Source: an uncultured delta proteobacterium (GTDB taxonomy: Bacteria > Myxococcota > UBA727 > VGSZ01). Taken from it: 64,000 bases of DNA. This document shows positions 30,287 through 42,628 of the stretch, one piece after another. A model generated the notes under the pieces. The model did no database searches and had not been told where the DNA came from. It saw only the letters and a program-made list of their open reading frames with translations. How positions within the stretch are numbered: position 1 is the stretch's first letter; each line of letters begins with the position of its first letter. Location of the stretch: positions 320,001-384,000 of the forward strand of contig CAVZJB010000017.1 in the NCBI GenBank assembly GCA_963775425.1, in the 5' to 3' direction. Position numbers and translations under genes: made by a program.

Positions 30287-31789
30287 ATGCGCGTCGCTCT
30301 CGCCTGCGCCCTCTGCTTCGTGGCGACGGTCGCGGCCGCGTGCCGGCTCTTCGGCGTCGGCCTCGCCTGCGACACCGACCCGCAGTGCCCTCCCGGCGAA
30401 CGCTGCGTCGAGGGCACCTGCGACGGCGCGGCCGCACCGCCGGACGGCGCCGAGGGCGAGGGAGAAGGAGAAGGTGAAGGTGAAGGTGAAGGAGAAGGAG
30501 AAGGTGAAGGTGAAGGTGAAGGTGAAGGTGAAGGTGAAGGTGAAGGTGAGGGCGAGTGTCCCGCGCCGCCGCCCGTCGACCCGTCGCAGTGCGACGGGCC
30601 CGGGGCGATCATCGATCGCTTCGACCAGGGCGCGCTCGACGACGAGCTCTGGGCGCGGCTGTACACCCCCGGCGTCGACGGCGCCGAGGACTTCTCGGGC
30701 GGGTTCCTCGATCTCACCGGCACCGACGCGCGCGCCATCAGCCACGCGCCCGTCATCGTCTCCAGCGGCGCCACGGTCGATGCGTTCGTCCTCGACGCCG
30801 TCGCCGCCGACGGCCACGTCGCCTTCGGCCTGCGCGCGCGGCTCAGCGCTCCGCTCGACGCGTTCATCGAGGTCGACAACGGCAAGATCCGCCTGCGCAC
30901 GACCCAGGATGCGACGCTCTTCACCCCGTACGACAAGGACGTCGACTCCATCTGGAGCCTCCGCGCCGAGGGCGATCGCATCTTCGCCGAAACGCGCTCC
31001 GCCGACGGGTCCACGGCGCGCGCGCTCGGCGATCTTCCGCTCGACCCCGCGTTCGCCCGCAGTCACCTGTTCTTCGAGGTCGTGGGCGGCGGCGCCACGA
31101 GCGAGCTGAAGCTGCAGGACGTCAACGGGCGGGCGGGGAGCCAGGAGTTCTGCTCCGTCGAAGCGCTCAACGACACGTTTTGCGACGGTGCAGCGGCGCC
31201 GTTGTTCGTCGCCGTCGACCAGTCCATCAACAACGCGCCCGACGACTGCCTCATCAGCGAGGACATCGGCGTTCGCTTCCGTGTCTCGGGTGCCAGCGAC
31301 GACACGAGCTGCTTCTACGCCACGCCCAACGTCTACTCCGTCACCAACCGCGCCTTCTCGGTGCGCATCAACACGAGCGACATCTTCGACGCCGGCACCT
31401 TCATCGGCGGCGCCGCCTTCGCGTTCGCCGTGCGCGATCCGCTCACCGGCCTCCCCTACGGAATGGTGGTCCGCGGCGACACCGGCGCGGGCTGCGGTCT
31501 GCTGTCGTCGCGCCTCGGCGAGCTGGAGATAGACGGCAACAACCCGAGGGCCGGCGCGTTCGGCAGCGACACACCGGGCGTCGACTTTCGCGCGGCGCGG
31601 TCGGTGCAGATCGTGATGGAGAGCGGCGCCGTCAACTGCGAGATCTTCGACGGCCAGGGCAACGAGATCTACAGCGCCCACGAGGCGGGCACGGTCGCCG
31701 TCACCGATGCCGCGTTCCTCGAGCTCGGGGTCTTCGGCTTCGACGCCTTCCAAGGCCCTGCGTCCGTGCTCGTGCTGCCGATTCCTTGA
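30287..31789 (+). CDS. Lipoprotein with Cys module, (GE)n linker and two beta-sandwich-like regions
   Basis: Lipobox AAAC; CDTDPQCPPGERCVEGTC; GE tract; alternating hydrophobic beta strands. Confidence 0.75.
   Translation: MRVALACALCFVATVAAACRLFGVGLACDTDPQCPPGERCVEGTCDGAAAPPDGAEGEGEGEGEGEGEGEGEGEGEGEGEGEGEGEGEGECPAPPPVDPSQCDGPGAIIDRFDQGALDDELWARLYTPGVDGAEDFSGGFLDLTGTDARAISHAPVIVSSGATVDAFVLDAVAADGHVAFGLRARLSAPLDAFIEVDNGKIRLRTTQDATLFTPYDKDVDSIWSLRAEGDRIFAETRSADGSTARALGDLPLDPAFARSHLFFEVVGGGATSELKLQDVNGRAGSQEFCSVEALNDTFCDGAAAPLFVAVDQSINNAPDDCLISEDIGVRFRVSGASDDTSCFYATPNVYSVTNRAFSVRINTSDIFDAGTFIGGAAFAFAVRDPLTGLPYGMVVRGDTGAGCGLLSSRLGELEIDGNNPRAGAFGSDTPGVDFRAARSVQIVMESGAVNCEIFDGQGNEIYSAHEAGTVAVTDAAFLELGVFGFDAFQGPASVLVLPIP
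30452..30556 (+). repeat. (Glu-Gly)n coding hexamer repeat, about 17 units
   Basis: (gaaggt/gaagga/gagggc)n. Confidence 0.92.
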
Positions 31790-31792
31790 GGC

Positions 31793-32094
31793 TCAAGCGC
31801 GCACGAGGGTGAGCCTGGTGACCTCGCTCGTCACCCAGGTGTGGGGCAGCGGCGGTCCCCAGTAGCCGGTGCCCAGCTCAACAGATCGGCGCCGAAGCCG
31901 TGGTGAAAGCGGGTGAAGCGCAGCAGGAACGACGCCGGCCAGATGACGACGAGGAGACCCAAGGCGCCCCACGCCGCCCCGCGCGCCGGGACGGACCAGA
32001 CCGCCGGGATCAAGCGCCAGCCCACGTAGAACGCGAAGCCCGCGACGATGCTCGACATGATGAGGACGAACACAGCGACCCGGCCCAACGCCAC
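31793..32094 (-). pseudogene. Internally deleted membrane metallophosphoesterase (YkuE/YaeI-like) remnant
   Basis: GGAGG RBS and GTG, N-terminal TMs, joined out of frame to the family C-terminus GTGYWGPP....SEVTRLTL; no catalytic motifs remain. Confidence 0.65.
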
Positions 32095-32273
32095 GACGAG
32101 CCTCCGATCTCCATTGTTCCGCACGGCTTCCCTCGCTTCGCTCGGTCAGAGTGCGCGCCTCCCTCCGGTCGGCCTGGAGTGAGATGCCGACCCGAGGGTG
32201 CCGTTGCAACGCCGCTTCCCCCTCGGGGCCGCCTCGGACTAGCCTCCCCGCTCAGCTTTCTGCCGGAGGAAAC

Positions 32274-33818
32274 GTGACCAGCGATTCAAACACCACGCCG
32301 AACCCGCTCCGCCAGGGGCTCGTCGAAGACCGCCTCCCCGAGCCCTGCAGCGTCGTCATCTTCGGCGCGTCCGGCGACCTCACCAAGCGCAAGCTCGTGC
32401 CCGCTCTGTATTCGCTGGCGGCGGAGCGCCTCCTGCCCCCGTCGTTCGCCATCGTCGGCTACGCCAGAAAGCCCATCACCGACGACACCTTCCGCTCCGA
32501 GATGCGCGAGTGGTGCAACAAGTCCGCGCGCCACCGCCCGGTCGACGAGCAGCTGTGGTCGTCGTTCTCCAAGGGCCTCCACTACCAAAAGGGCGACTAC
32601 GAAGACCCCGCCGCCTACAAGGCCCTCAAGGAGCGCCTCGACGCCATCGACAAGGAGCGCGGCATCCCCGGCAACCGCGTCTTTTACATCTCCACCCCAC
32701 CGTCGACCTTCCCGTTGGCCGTGCAGCACCTGTCCGAGAGCGGCCTCATCAACAAGTCCGAGGACGGGCCGTTCACGCGCGTCATCATCGAGAAGCCCTT
32801 CGGCACGGACCTCGCCTCCGCCAAGGCGCTCAACGCGCACTGCTTGAAGTACCTGCGCGAAGACCAGATCTACCGCATCGATCACTACCTCGGGAAAGAG
32901 ACCGTCCAGAACCTGATGGTCTTCCGCTTCGCCAACTCGCTGTTCGAGCCCCTGTGGAACAACCGCTTCGTCGAGCAGGTGCAGATCACCGGCGCCGAGG
33001 CGCTCGGCATCGAGGGCCGCGGCGGCTACTTCGACCACGCCGGCATCCTGCGCGACATGGTGCAGAACCACCTCTTCCAGGTGCTGTCCTTGACGTCGAT
33101 GGAGCCGCCGGTCTCCATGAACGGCAACGACCTGCGCGACGAGAAGGTGAAGGTGCTCAAGGCCCTGCGCCCCATCCCCGACGGGCGCTTCGACGAGTAC
33201 GTGGTCCGCGGTCAGTACCGCACGGGCTCCATCTCGGGCCGCAAGATCCCCAACTACCACGAGGAGACGGGCGTCACCGCGGGCTCCACGACGGAGACCT
33301 ACGTCGCGCTCAAGATCTTCATCGACAACTGGCGCTGGGCCGGCGTGCCGTTCTACCTGCGCTCGGGCAAGGCCCTGGCCAAGAAGGTCACCGAGGTCGC
33401 GCTCATCTTCAAGGACGCGCCGCACCGCCTGTTCGGTGAGAAGTCCATCTCCGAGCCCAACGTCCTCGCCATCCGCATCCAGCCCGACGAGGGCATCTCC
33501 ATCCGCTTCGGCTCCAAGGTGCCGGGCAACACGCTCGACATCCACCCGGTGAACATGGAGTTCCGCTACGGCACCAGCTTCGGCGCAGAGCCGCCCGAGG
33601 CGTACGAGCGCCTTCAGCTCGACTGCATGCTCGGCGACCAGTCGCTGTACACCCGCGCCGACGAGGTGGAGGCCTCGTGGAAGTGGATCTCGCGCATCCA
33701 CGAGGAGTGGCGCCAGAGCTTCGCCAAGGGCATCCCCACCTACGAGGCGGGGAGCTGGGGCCCTGACGAGAGCGACGCGCTCCTGCGCCGCGGGGGCCAC
33801 GTGTGGAGGCGGCCGTGA
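32274..33818 (+). CDS. zwf: Glucose-6-phosphate 1-dehydrogenase
   Basis: IFGASGDLTKRKLVPAL, IEKPFG, RIDHYLGKE, RDMVQNH, WRWAGVPFYLRSGK; GGAGGA RBS. Confidence 0.97.
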   Translation: MTSDSNTTPNPLRQGLVEDRLPEPCSVVIFGASGDLTKRKLVPALYSLAAERLLPPSFAIVGYARKPITDDTFRSEMREWCNKSARHRPVDEQLWSSFSKGLHYQKGDYEDPAAYKALKERLDAIDKERGIPGNRVFYISTPPSTFPLAVQHLSESGLINKSEDGPFTRVIIEKPFGTDLASAKALNAHCLKYLREDQIYRIDHYLGKETVQNLMVFRFANSLFEPLWNNRFVEQVQITGAEALGIEGRGGYFDHAGILRDMVQNHLFQVLSLTSMEPPVSMNGNDLRDEKVKVLKALRPIPDGRFDEYVVRGQYRTGSISGRKIPNYHEETGVTAGSTTETYVALKIFIDNWRWAGVPFYLRSGKALAKKVTEVALIFKDAPHRLFGEKSISEPNVLAIRIQPDEGISIRFGSKVPGNTLDIHPVNMEFRYGTSFGAEPPEAYERLQLDCMLGDQSLYTRADEVEASWKWISRIHEEWRQSFAKGIPTYEAGSWGPDESDALLRRGGHVWRRP

Positions 33819-34894
33819 GCGCCACCGAGGAGATCACGCTCGCCAAGGACTCGAGCGTCGACATCGGCGCCATCGAGAAGGAGCTGGCGGCGTTGTGGCG
33901 AGGTGCGTCCAAGGAGCGGCACGTCACGCGCGCGTGCTCCTGGAACCTCGTCGTGCACTGCGGCGACGACGCCATCTTCGACCAGGCCAAGGCCACCGTC
34001 GACGAGGCGGTGCGCCACGTGCCCTCGCGCACCTTGATGCTGAAGCCGCGCCCCTACGCCATCGGCAAAGAGGTCGAGGCGTGGGTGAGCGCCAACTGCC
34101 AGGTGGCGCCCGGCGGCGGGAAGCTGCTGTGCACCGAGGAGATCACCGTCGAGTCGCGCGGCAAGGAGGGCGTGGAGCACCTGCCTTCGCTCATCCGCGC
34201 CCTCCAGGTCCCCGACGTGCCGACGGCGCTGTGGTGGGCGGGGCCGCCGCCGACGGATCCGAGCGCGGTGCGCATCCTCCTGTCCGGCGTCGACCGCCTC
34301 GTCTTCGACACCAACAACCTCGCGGCCGACGGCCTGCACCGGCTCGCCCACGTCGGCGGCTTGCTCGACGGGCTCACGCTCACCGACCTCAACTGGCTCC
34401 GCACGGGCTCGTTGCGCTCCGTGATCGCCAGCCTGTTCGATCCGCCCACGGGCGCCGAGCCGCTCACGCGCTTGAAGCGCGTGCGGGTCGAGGCCACGCA
34501 GAAGGGCGTGCACGCGGCAAAGCTGCTCCTCGGCTGGCTCGCGTCGCGGCTCGCCTGGGGCAGCCCCGAGCGCTCCGACGGAGAGCAGCTCGGCTGGCGT
34601 GTCCCGGTGCGCAGCGACGGCGCCGTTCGCGTCGACATCGACACCAACAAGGTGAGCACCACGCGCGACAGCGGCATCAAGTCGGTCTCCATCGAGACCA
34701 GCAAGGGCGAGCGCTACTCCCTCGTCGATCAGGGCAACAGCCAGCTCGAGGCGGCGTCGCCGGGGATGGCCACGCGCACCGTGCAGGCCGTCGAGCCACG
34801 GCTCGATCAGCTCCTGGTGGCGTCGCTCGGCGCCCGCGGCCGTGACCGCCTCTACGCCGTGGCCCTTCATCGCGCGGTCGAGCTCGACAGGTAG
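33815..34894 (+). CDS. opcA: G6PD assembly/activator protein OpcA
   Basis: GTGA overlap with zwf; RACSWNLVV, HVPSR, LCTEEIT, PDVPTALWW, DRLVFD, DLNWLR, LLLGWLASRLAW. Confidence 0.9.
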   Translation: MSATEEITLAKDSSVDIGAIEKELAALWRGASKERHVTRACSWNLVVHCGDDAIFDQAKATVDEAVRHVPSRTLMLKPRPYAIGKEVEAWVSANCQVAPGGGKLLCTEEITVESRGKEGVEHLPSLIRALQVPDVPTALWWAGPPPTDPSAVRILLSGVDRLVFDTNNLAADGLHRLAHVGGLLDGLTLTDLNWLRTGSLRSVIASLFDPPTGAEPLTRLKRVRVEATQKGVHAAKLLLGWLASRLAWGSPERSDGEQLGWRVPVRSDGAVRVDIDTNKVSTTRDSGIKSVSIETSKGERYSLVDQGNSQLEAASPGMATRTVQAVEPRLDQLLVASLGARGRDRLYAVALHRAVELDR

Positions 34895-34986
34895 GGCCAC
34901 CGGCGCGCCGCGGTGGCGCGCGCTGCTGCGAAGCGGTTCCGATCGGCGACGCCCTTTGGAAGCGCGCGCCGCCTATCGTGATCGTC

Positions 34987-35772
34987 ATGAAGACAAACGA
35001 CCACGTCAGGCGCGCACGGGGTGCGCGCATCGCTCTCCTCGTGACCACGCTCGCCTCGGGCGCGGCGTCGGCCATGGCGCCGTCCGGGGTGGCGGACCCT
35101 CGCCCCGCGCACCACGTCGTGGACCTCACCGGCACCCTCGGGCCCGATGACGTCGCCGCCGTCGACGCCGCCGCCGAGCGCGCGTCTTCGAACGGTGAGC
35201 TCCTGGTGGTGGTGGTGCCCTCCGTCGACGGCGTGGACGCGCGCGGGTGGACAACGGAGCTCTTCAACCGCCTCGGCGTCGATGCCACGAGCCGCAACCG
35301 CGGCGTCGTGTTGATGGCCGCGCTCGAGGACCGCGACGCCGAGATCGTCGTCGGCGACGGCTACGACGCGTCCGCCGCCACGCGGCTCACCGATCACATC
35401 ATGAGCGACGTTGTCGTCGCGCACTTCAAGAGCGGCGACGCCCGCGGCGCCATCGTCTCCGGCGCGGAGGCCCTGGCCGACGACGTCGTCGTCGCTCGCC
35501 CGCCGGAGCTGGCGGCGCCCGCGCGCGCCGCCGCCGACGACGACGCCGACGACGACGACGGCAACCCGTTGTTCGCGATCTTCGCCGGCCTCGGCGGCGT
35601 CACGCTCCTCATCCTCGCGTTCGCCGCTTTCGTCGCGTTCCTCGCCCGGGGCAGCACCGGCTCGTCGAGCTCCGGCTCGTCGTGGTCGAACAGCACGTCG
35701 TCTTCGTTCGACAGCGGCTCGTCGTCGTTCAGCAGCGGCTCGTCCGGGAGCGGCAGCTCCGGCCACTGGTAG
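34987..35772 (+). CDS. TPM-domain (YgcG-like) membrane protein
   Basis: Signal peptide; VVDLTGTL, LVVVVPSVDG, ELFNRLGV, NRGVVL, IVVGDG; TM; Ser/Gly tail ending SSGHW. Confidence 0.85.
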   Translation: MKTNDHVRRARGARIALLVTTLASGAASAMAPSGVADPRPAHHVVDLTGTLGPDDVAAVDAAAERASSNGELLVVVVPSVDGVDARGWTTELFNRLGVDATSRNRGVVLMAALEDRDAEIVVGDGYDASAATRLTDHIMSDVVVAHFKSGDARGAIVSGAEALADDVVVARPPELAAPARAAADDDADDDDGNPLFAIFAGLGGVTLLILAFAAFVAFLARGSTGSSSSGSSWSNSTSSSFDSGSSSFSSGSSGSGSSGHW

Positions 35773-35843
35773 GGGCGGCCCATCGGCGGCGCGGCGGGAT
35801 TGGCTCGAGACACCCCGGTGCTCTCGTGACACAGTCCGCCGCC

Positions 35844-36548
35844 ATGAACCGCCATGTCTTCGCCTCCACCGACGCGCTCGCCGCAGAGCTCGTGCATCTC
35901 TCCGTCGACGCCGCCGCTGCCGCCGTGAAGGAGCGCGGCCTGTTCAGCCTCGCTCTCACGGGCGGCTCCGCGGCGGAGAAGCTCTATCCGGTGCTCGCGC
36001 AGGCGCCCTTGCCCTGGGACAAGGTGCACGTGTTCTTCGGCGACGAGCGCTGCGTCCCACCCGCGCACGCCGACAGCAACTTCAAGCTCGCCGAGGACAC
36101 CTTCCTGCGGCGCGTGGGGATCCCGGCGGCGAACGTGCACCGCATGCGCGGCGAGGACGCGCCGGCGAAGGCCGCGGCGGCGTACGCCGAGGAGCTCCTG
36201 CGCGTCACCGGCGACGGCACCCTCGACGCGGTGCACGTCGGCATGGGGCCCGACGGCCACATCTGCTCGCTCTTCCCCGGCCACGCGCTGCTGTCGTCTC
36301 AAAAGCTCGTCGACTCGCTCACCGACTCGCCCAAGCCGCCGCCGTCCCGGGTGACGTTCACCCTTCCGCTGTTGAAGAAGGCGCGCGCGCTGTGGTTCCT
36401 CGTGATGGGCCAGAACAAGGCCGACGCCGTCAAGGCCGCCGTGCTCGACGCGTCGTCGGCGCTGCCGGCGGCGCTGGCGGCGCGCGGCAACGACCACACC
36501 ACGTGGCTCCTCGACACCGCCGCGGCCACGCACCTCAAGAGCGGCTGA
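35844..36548 (+). CDS. pgl: 6-phosphogluconolactonase
   Basis: ALTGGS, FFGDERCVPPAHADSN, GMGPDGHICSLFPG, SPKPPPSRVTFT. Confidence 0.96.
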   Translation: MNRHVFASTDALAAELVHLSVDAAAAAVKERGLFSLALTGGSAAEKLYPVLAQAPLPWDKVHVFFGDERCVPPAHADSNFKLAEDTFLRRVGIPAANVHRMRGEDAPAKAAAAYAEELLRVTGDGTLDAVHVGMGPDGHICSLFPGHALLSSQKLVDSLTDSPKPPPSRVTFTLPLLKKARALWFLVMGQNKADAVKAAVLDASSALPAALAARGNDHTTWLLDTAAATHLKSG

Positions 36549-36551
36549 TCC

Positions 36552-36938
36552 TCAGCGCGCCGCCACCGGGACCTTCGCGATCCGTCCCCACGCGACGAAC
36601 GCGCACAGGACGACGAGGACCACGGGGACGACGGCGCCCGGCTCGCCGAGGACGAGGTGCGTGACGAACGCGCCCGCCATCAGCGCCGCGAGGCAGATCG
36701 CCGCCACCGGCGTCAGCGCCGGCTTGATGCGCAGCGCGGCCGGCAGCAGCAGCCCGAGCGCGCCGAGTACCTCGGCGGCGCCGATGACGCGGGTGAGCAC
36801 CCCGAAGTGCACGACGAACGCCATCTTCTGCGCGAGCTCGTCGAGGGGTGTCACGAGCTTCATCAACCCGCTCCCCAGGAAAGCGAGGGCCAGCAAGGCG
36901 GACACGATCCATACGGCGATCTTCACGAGGGCCTCCAT
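36552..36938 (-). CDS. DoxX family membrane protein
   Basis: WIVSALLALAFLGSGLMKL, IGAAEVLGALGLLLP, MAGAFVTHL. Confidence 0.9.
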   Translation of the reverse strand: MEALVKIAVWIVSALLALAFLGSGLMKLVTPLDELAQKMAFVVHFGVLTRVIGAAEVLGALGLLLPAALRIKPALTPVAAICLAALMAGAFVTHLVLGEPGAVVPVVLVVLCAFVAWGRIAKVPVAAR

Positions 36939-37065
36939 TCGGACCATGGTCCGATTCGCGAGAACGACCGGCGTTGCGCCCGGATCCGGCGGCGCCGTGC
37001 TGCGTTGACCCCCGGGGGACGGCCGGGCTACTCCCCCCCATCCAACCGAACCCTGGGAGATCTCC

Positions 37066-38616
37066 ATGGCGCTTTCAAAGCCCGAACCCAATTCCGCCGA
37101 CGTCGGCCTCGTCGGCCTCGCCGTGATGGGCCAGAACTTCGTGCTCAACATGGCCGACCACGGCTTCAAGGTCGCCGTCTACAACCGCACCACCAAGACC
37201 ACCGAGGGGTTCATCGACAACAACCCGCCCAAGGTCTTCGGCGACACCGGCGGCGCCCTCATCCCCGCCGCGGAGCTCAAGGACTTCGTCGCGTCCATCA
37301 AGAAGCCGCGCCGCGTGGTCATCCTCGTCAAGGCGGGCGGCCCCACCGACGCCGTCATCAACAGCCTCGTGCCGCTGCTCGACAAGGGCGACGTCATCGT
37401 CGACGGGGGCAACGCGCTGTACACCGACACCATCCGCCGCGAGAAGGAGCTCGGTGAAAAGGGCTTGCTCTTCGTCGGCTCCGGCGTGTCCGGCGGCGAG
37501 GAGGGCGCGCGCTTCGGCCCGTCGCTCATGCCGGGCGGCAAGCCCGAGGCGTGGGAGCACCTCAAGCCCGTGTGGATGGCGTGCGCGGCCAAGGTCGACG
37601 AGAAGACCGGCAAGCCCCTCGAGGGCGCGGCGCCCGGCAAGCCCATCAAGGGCGGGGTCGCCTGCACCACGTACCTCGGCCCCGACGGCGCCGGCCACTT
37701 CGTGAAGATGGTGCACAACGGCATCGAGTACGCCGACATGCAGCTCATCTGCGAGGCGTACGACATCCTGCACAACTCGCTCGGCAAGTCCCCCGAGGAG
37801 TGCAGCAAGATCTTCAAGGAGTGGAACCAGGGCGACCTCGACTCCTTCCTCATCGAGATCAGCGCCGACGTGCTCCAGCAGAAGGATCCCGTCACCGGCA
37901 AGCCCTTCGTCGACGTCGTCCTCGACGCCGCCGGCCAGAAGGGCACGGGCAAGTGGACCAGCGAGGCCGCGCTCGACCTCGGCATCCCGGCGGGCTCCAT
38001 CGCCGAGGCCGTGTTCGCGCGCTGCATCTCCGCGCTCAAGGACGAGCGCGTGCACGCCTCCAAGATGCTGAAGGGCCCCAAGGACCTCGGCAAGAGCATC
38101 GACGTCACCGTCGACGCCGTGCGTGACGCGCTGTACTGCTCGAAGCTCTGCGCCTACGCCCAGGGCTTCGCGCTGTACGCGGAGGCCTCCAAGCACTTCA
38201 AGTGGAACCTCAACCTCGCGGCCATCGCGCAGATCTTCCGCGGCGGATGCATCATCCGCGCGCGCTTCCTCCAGAAGATCACCGACGCGTACGAGAAGAA
38301 CCCGAAGCTCGAAAACCTCCTGCTCGATCCGTACTTCGCGGAGCAGGTGGAGAAGGCGCAGCACAACTGGCGCAAGATCGTCGCGCGCGCCGCGCTCGAC
38401 GGTACGCCGGCGCCGGCGTTCTCTTCGGCGCTGTCGTACTTCGACAGCTATCGCTCGGAGAGGCTGCCCGCGAGCCTCCTGCAGGCGCAGCGCGACTTCT
38501 TCGGCGCGCACACCTACGAGCGCGTGGATGCGCCCCGCGGCCAGTTCTTCCACATCGACTGGCCGGATCCGAAGCGCCCGCAGCTCAAGTCGACCGAGCT
38601 CGGCATGAGCCGCTGA
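37066..38616 (+). CDS. gnd: 6-phosphogluconate dehydrogenase, NADP-dependent decarboxylating
   Basis: [58 protein letters not shown]. Confidence 0.97.
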   Translation: MALSKPEPNSADVGLVGLAVMGQNFVLNMADHGFKVAVYNRTTKTTEGFIDNNPPKVFGDTGGALIPAAELKDFVASIKKPRRVVILVKAGGPTDAVINSLVPLLDKGDVIVDGGNALYTDTIRREKELGEKGLLFVGSGVSGGEEGARFGPSLMPGGKPEAWEHLKPVWMACAAKVDEKTGKPLEGAAPGKPIKGGVACTTYLGPDGAGHFVKMVHNGIEYADMQLICEAYDILHNSLGKSPEECSKIFKEWNQGDLDSFLIEISADVLQQKDPVTGKPFVDVVLDAAGQKGTGKWTSEAALDLGIPAGSIAEAVFARCISALKDERVHASKMLKGPKDLGKSIDVTVDAVRDALYCSKLCAYAQGFALYAEASKHFKWNLNLAAIAQIFRGGCIIRARFLQKITDAYEKNPKLENLLLDPYFAEQVEKAQHNWRKIVARAALDGTPAPAFSSALSYFDSYRSERLPASLLQAQRDFFGAHTYERVDAPRGQFFHIDWPDPKRPQLKSTELGMSR

Positions 38617-38620
38617 CCCC

Positions 38621-39280
38621 GTGGGCGGCCGCGCGCGCGCTGCGCGCTCGTTCGTCATCGGCGCCGTCGCGATGCTCGCCCTCCTGGGCGGGTGCGCGAC
38701 GGCGCCGTTTTATCGGCCCATGGGGCCGCCCATGGACAACGACGTCGTCGAGTGCGGCATCGGCGCGCACGCGGACTTCGGCAGCGACCAGATGGGAGTC
38801 GGCACCGCCGGGTGGCTGCAGGCGCAGGTGCTGCCCGACTTCGAGCTCGTCCTGCGCGGGCACGGCACGGACTTCTTTTCGTATGCCGGCACCGGACAGC
38901 CCTTCGACGACGTCCTGTTCGGCGGCAGCGCCGGCATCCGCGGCATCTATCACTTCTCGCCGACGCTGCTCCTCGGCGGCGAGGCGCTCGTGGACTACGA
39001 GCAGCGCACGGGCCCCGAGCACGAGCAGCTCGTCAGCGGCATCGTCGGCATCCCCGTCGCCGAGGCGGCCACGCCGGACCTCTGGGTCTACACGGACATC
39101 TCGCTGGGGATCGCGGTGCCGCTGAACCGCGATGCGGCCGTGCCGTTCTTTGGCTTCCAAGAGATTCCGCTCGGCGTCGCGTGGCGCGCGACGCCATGGC
39201 TGCTCGTCGTCGGTGAAGGCGGGGTCTCGTTGCCCGTCAACGGCGGATACGTTGGTGTCGCGGCGGCATTCCGTCTGTAG
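38621..39280 (+). CDS. Hypothetical lipoprotein with beta-barrel-like amphipathic strands
   Basis: Lipobox LGGC; alternating aromatic/Gly strands; ends GVAAAFRL. Confidence 0.65.
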   Translation: MGGRARAARSFVIGAVAMLALLGGCATAPFYRPMGPPMDNDVVECGIGAHADFGSDQMGVGTAGWLQAQVLPDFELVLRGHGTDFFSYAGTGQPFDDVLFGGSAGIRGIYHFSPTLLLGGEALVDYEQRTGPEHEQLVSGIVGIPVAEAATPDLWVYTDISLGIAVPLNRDAAVPFFGFQEIPLGVAWRATPWLLVVGEGGVSLPVNGGYVGVAAAFRL

Positions 39281-39344
39281 TGCAAGCAATCGCGCACTGT
39301 CTCAGCATGGGCATGCAAGTGAATCTGCGCCGTACACTCGGCGC

Positions 39345-41339
<1,995 letters not shown>

Positions 41340-41413
41340 GCGCGGCGCAGGTACGAGCTCGCGGCGTTCAGGCATTCCCGGCGCAGCGACGTCGTCGGCG
41401 CTACACTCGGGGG

Positions 41414-42616
41414 GTGGCCTGGACGCGCGCGATCCTGCACGTCGACATGGACGCGTTCTACGCGTCCGTCGAGCAGCGTGACCGGCCGGAGCTGCAGGGC
41501 CGCGCGGTGATCGTCGGCGGCGGCGGGCGCCGCGGCGTCGTCAGCTCGCCGAGCTACGAGGCGCGCAAGTTCGGCGTCAAGAGCGCCATGCCGATGTTCG
41601 CGGCGCTCAAGCTCTGCCCGCACGCCGTCGCCGTGCCGCCGCGGATGTCGCGCTACGTAAGCGTGTCCCGCGCGCTGATGAAGATCTTCGGGCGGTTCTC
41701 GCCCGATGTCGAGCCGCTGTCCCTCGACGAGGCCTTTGTCGACGTCACCGGCACGGAGGCGCTGTTCGGGTCCCCCGTCGACGTCGCGTGGAAGGTCCAG
41801 CGCGCCGTCCGCGAGGAGCTCTCGCTGTCGTGCTCCGTGGGCGTCGCCGCCAACAAGTACGTCGCCAAGGTCGCGAGCGACCTCAAGAAGCCCGCGGGCC
41901 TCGTCGTCGTCCCGGCCGGCGAGGAGCGCGCGTTCCTCGAGCCCCTGGCCCTCGAGCGCCTCTGGGGCGTGGGCCCGAAGACGGCCGAGCGCCTCCACGC
42001 GCTCGGGCTGGTCACCATCGGCGACGTCGCCCGCGCCGGCGACGACGTCCTCGTCCGCGACGTCGGCGCCGCCGTCGGCGCGCACCTCGCGGCGCTCGCG
42101 CGCGGTGAGGACGAACGGCCCGTCGAAAACGACGTCAAGGAGAAGTCGCTCGGCGCCGAGCACACGCTCGAGATCGACATCCGCGGCGCCGTCGACGTGC
42201 GCCGCGCGCTCCTCCCGCTCGTCGACAGCGTCGCCGCCGACCTGCGGACCCGCAAGCTGCGCGCGAGCGGTGTGCGCTTGAAGCTCAAGTACGCGGACTT
42301 CCGCCGGGTGTCCCGCGAGCTGAGCTTGCCGGAGCCCGCGCTCGACGCCCCCACCCTCCTCGCCGCCATCGACACGCTCATGCAGCGCGTCGACGTGAAC
42401 CGGAAGATCCGCCTGGTCGGGGTCGCCTGCACGGGCCTCGTCGACGAGGACGCGCCCCGCCAGGCCAACCTCTTCGGCAACCTCGACGCGCGCGCCCCCG
42501 TCGAGAAGGCCGAGCGTCTCGGGCGCGCCGTCGACGCCATCAAGAGCAAGTTCGGCGACGAGGCCGTGCTCCGCGGCGGCGGAACCCCCTGGCGGCGGTC
42601 ACCGCGAGGGGAGTAG
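41414..42616 (+). CDS. dinB: DNA polymerase IV (Y family)
   Basis: ILHVDMDAFYASVEQ, SYEARKFGVKSAMP, SLDEAFVD, KYVAKVASDLKKPAG, LWGVGPKT, IRLVGV; clamp-motif-like QANLF. Confidence 0.96.
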   Translation: MAWTRAILHVDMDAFYASVEQRDRPELQGRAVIVGGGGRRGVVSSPSYEARKFGVKSAMPMFAALKLCPHAVAVPPRMSRYVSVSRALMKIFGRFSPDVEPLSLDEAFVDVTGTEALFGSPVDVAWKVQRAVREELSLSCSVGVAANKYVAKVASDLKKPAGLVVVPAGEERAFLEPLALERLWGVGPKTAERLHALGLVTIGDVARAGDDVLVRDVGAAVGAHLAALARGEDERPVENDVKEKSLGAEHTLEIDIRGAVDVRRALLPLVDSVAADLRTRKLRASGVRLKLKYADFRRVSRELSLPEPALDAPTLLAAIDTLMQRVDVNRKIRLVGVACTGLVDEDAPRQANLFGNLDARAPVEKAERLGRAVDAIKSKFGDEAVLRGGGTPWRRSPRGE

Positions 42617-42628
42617 CAGGGCGGACAG

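Noticed and set aside
34896-34917. Hairpin after opcA as an intrinsic terminator
   Set aside because: A 7-bp GC stem with no U-tract is common by chance at this GC content
41340-41413. LexA box upstream of dinB
   Set aside because: Only a GTTCAGG half matches the myxobacterial consensus; the other half does not
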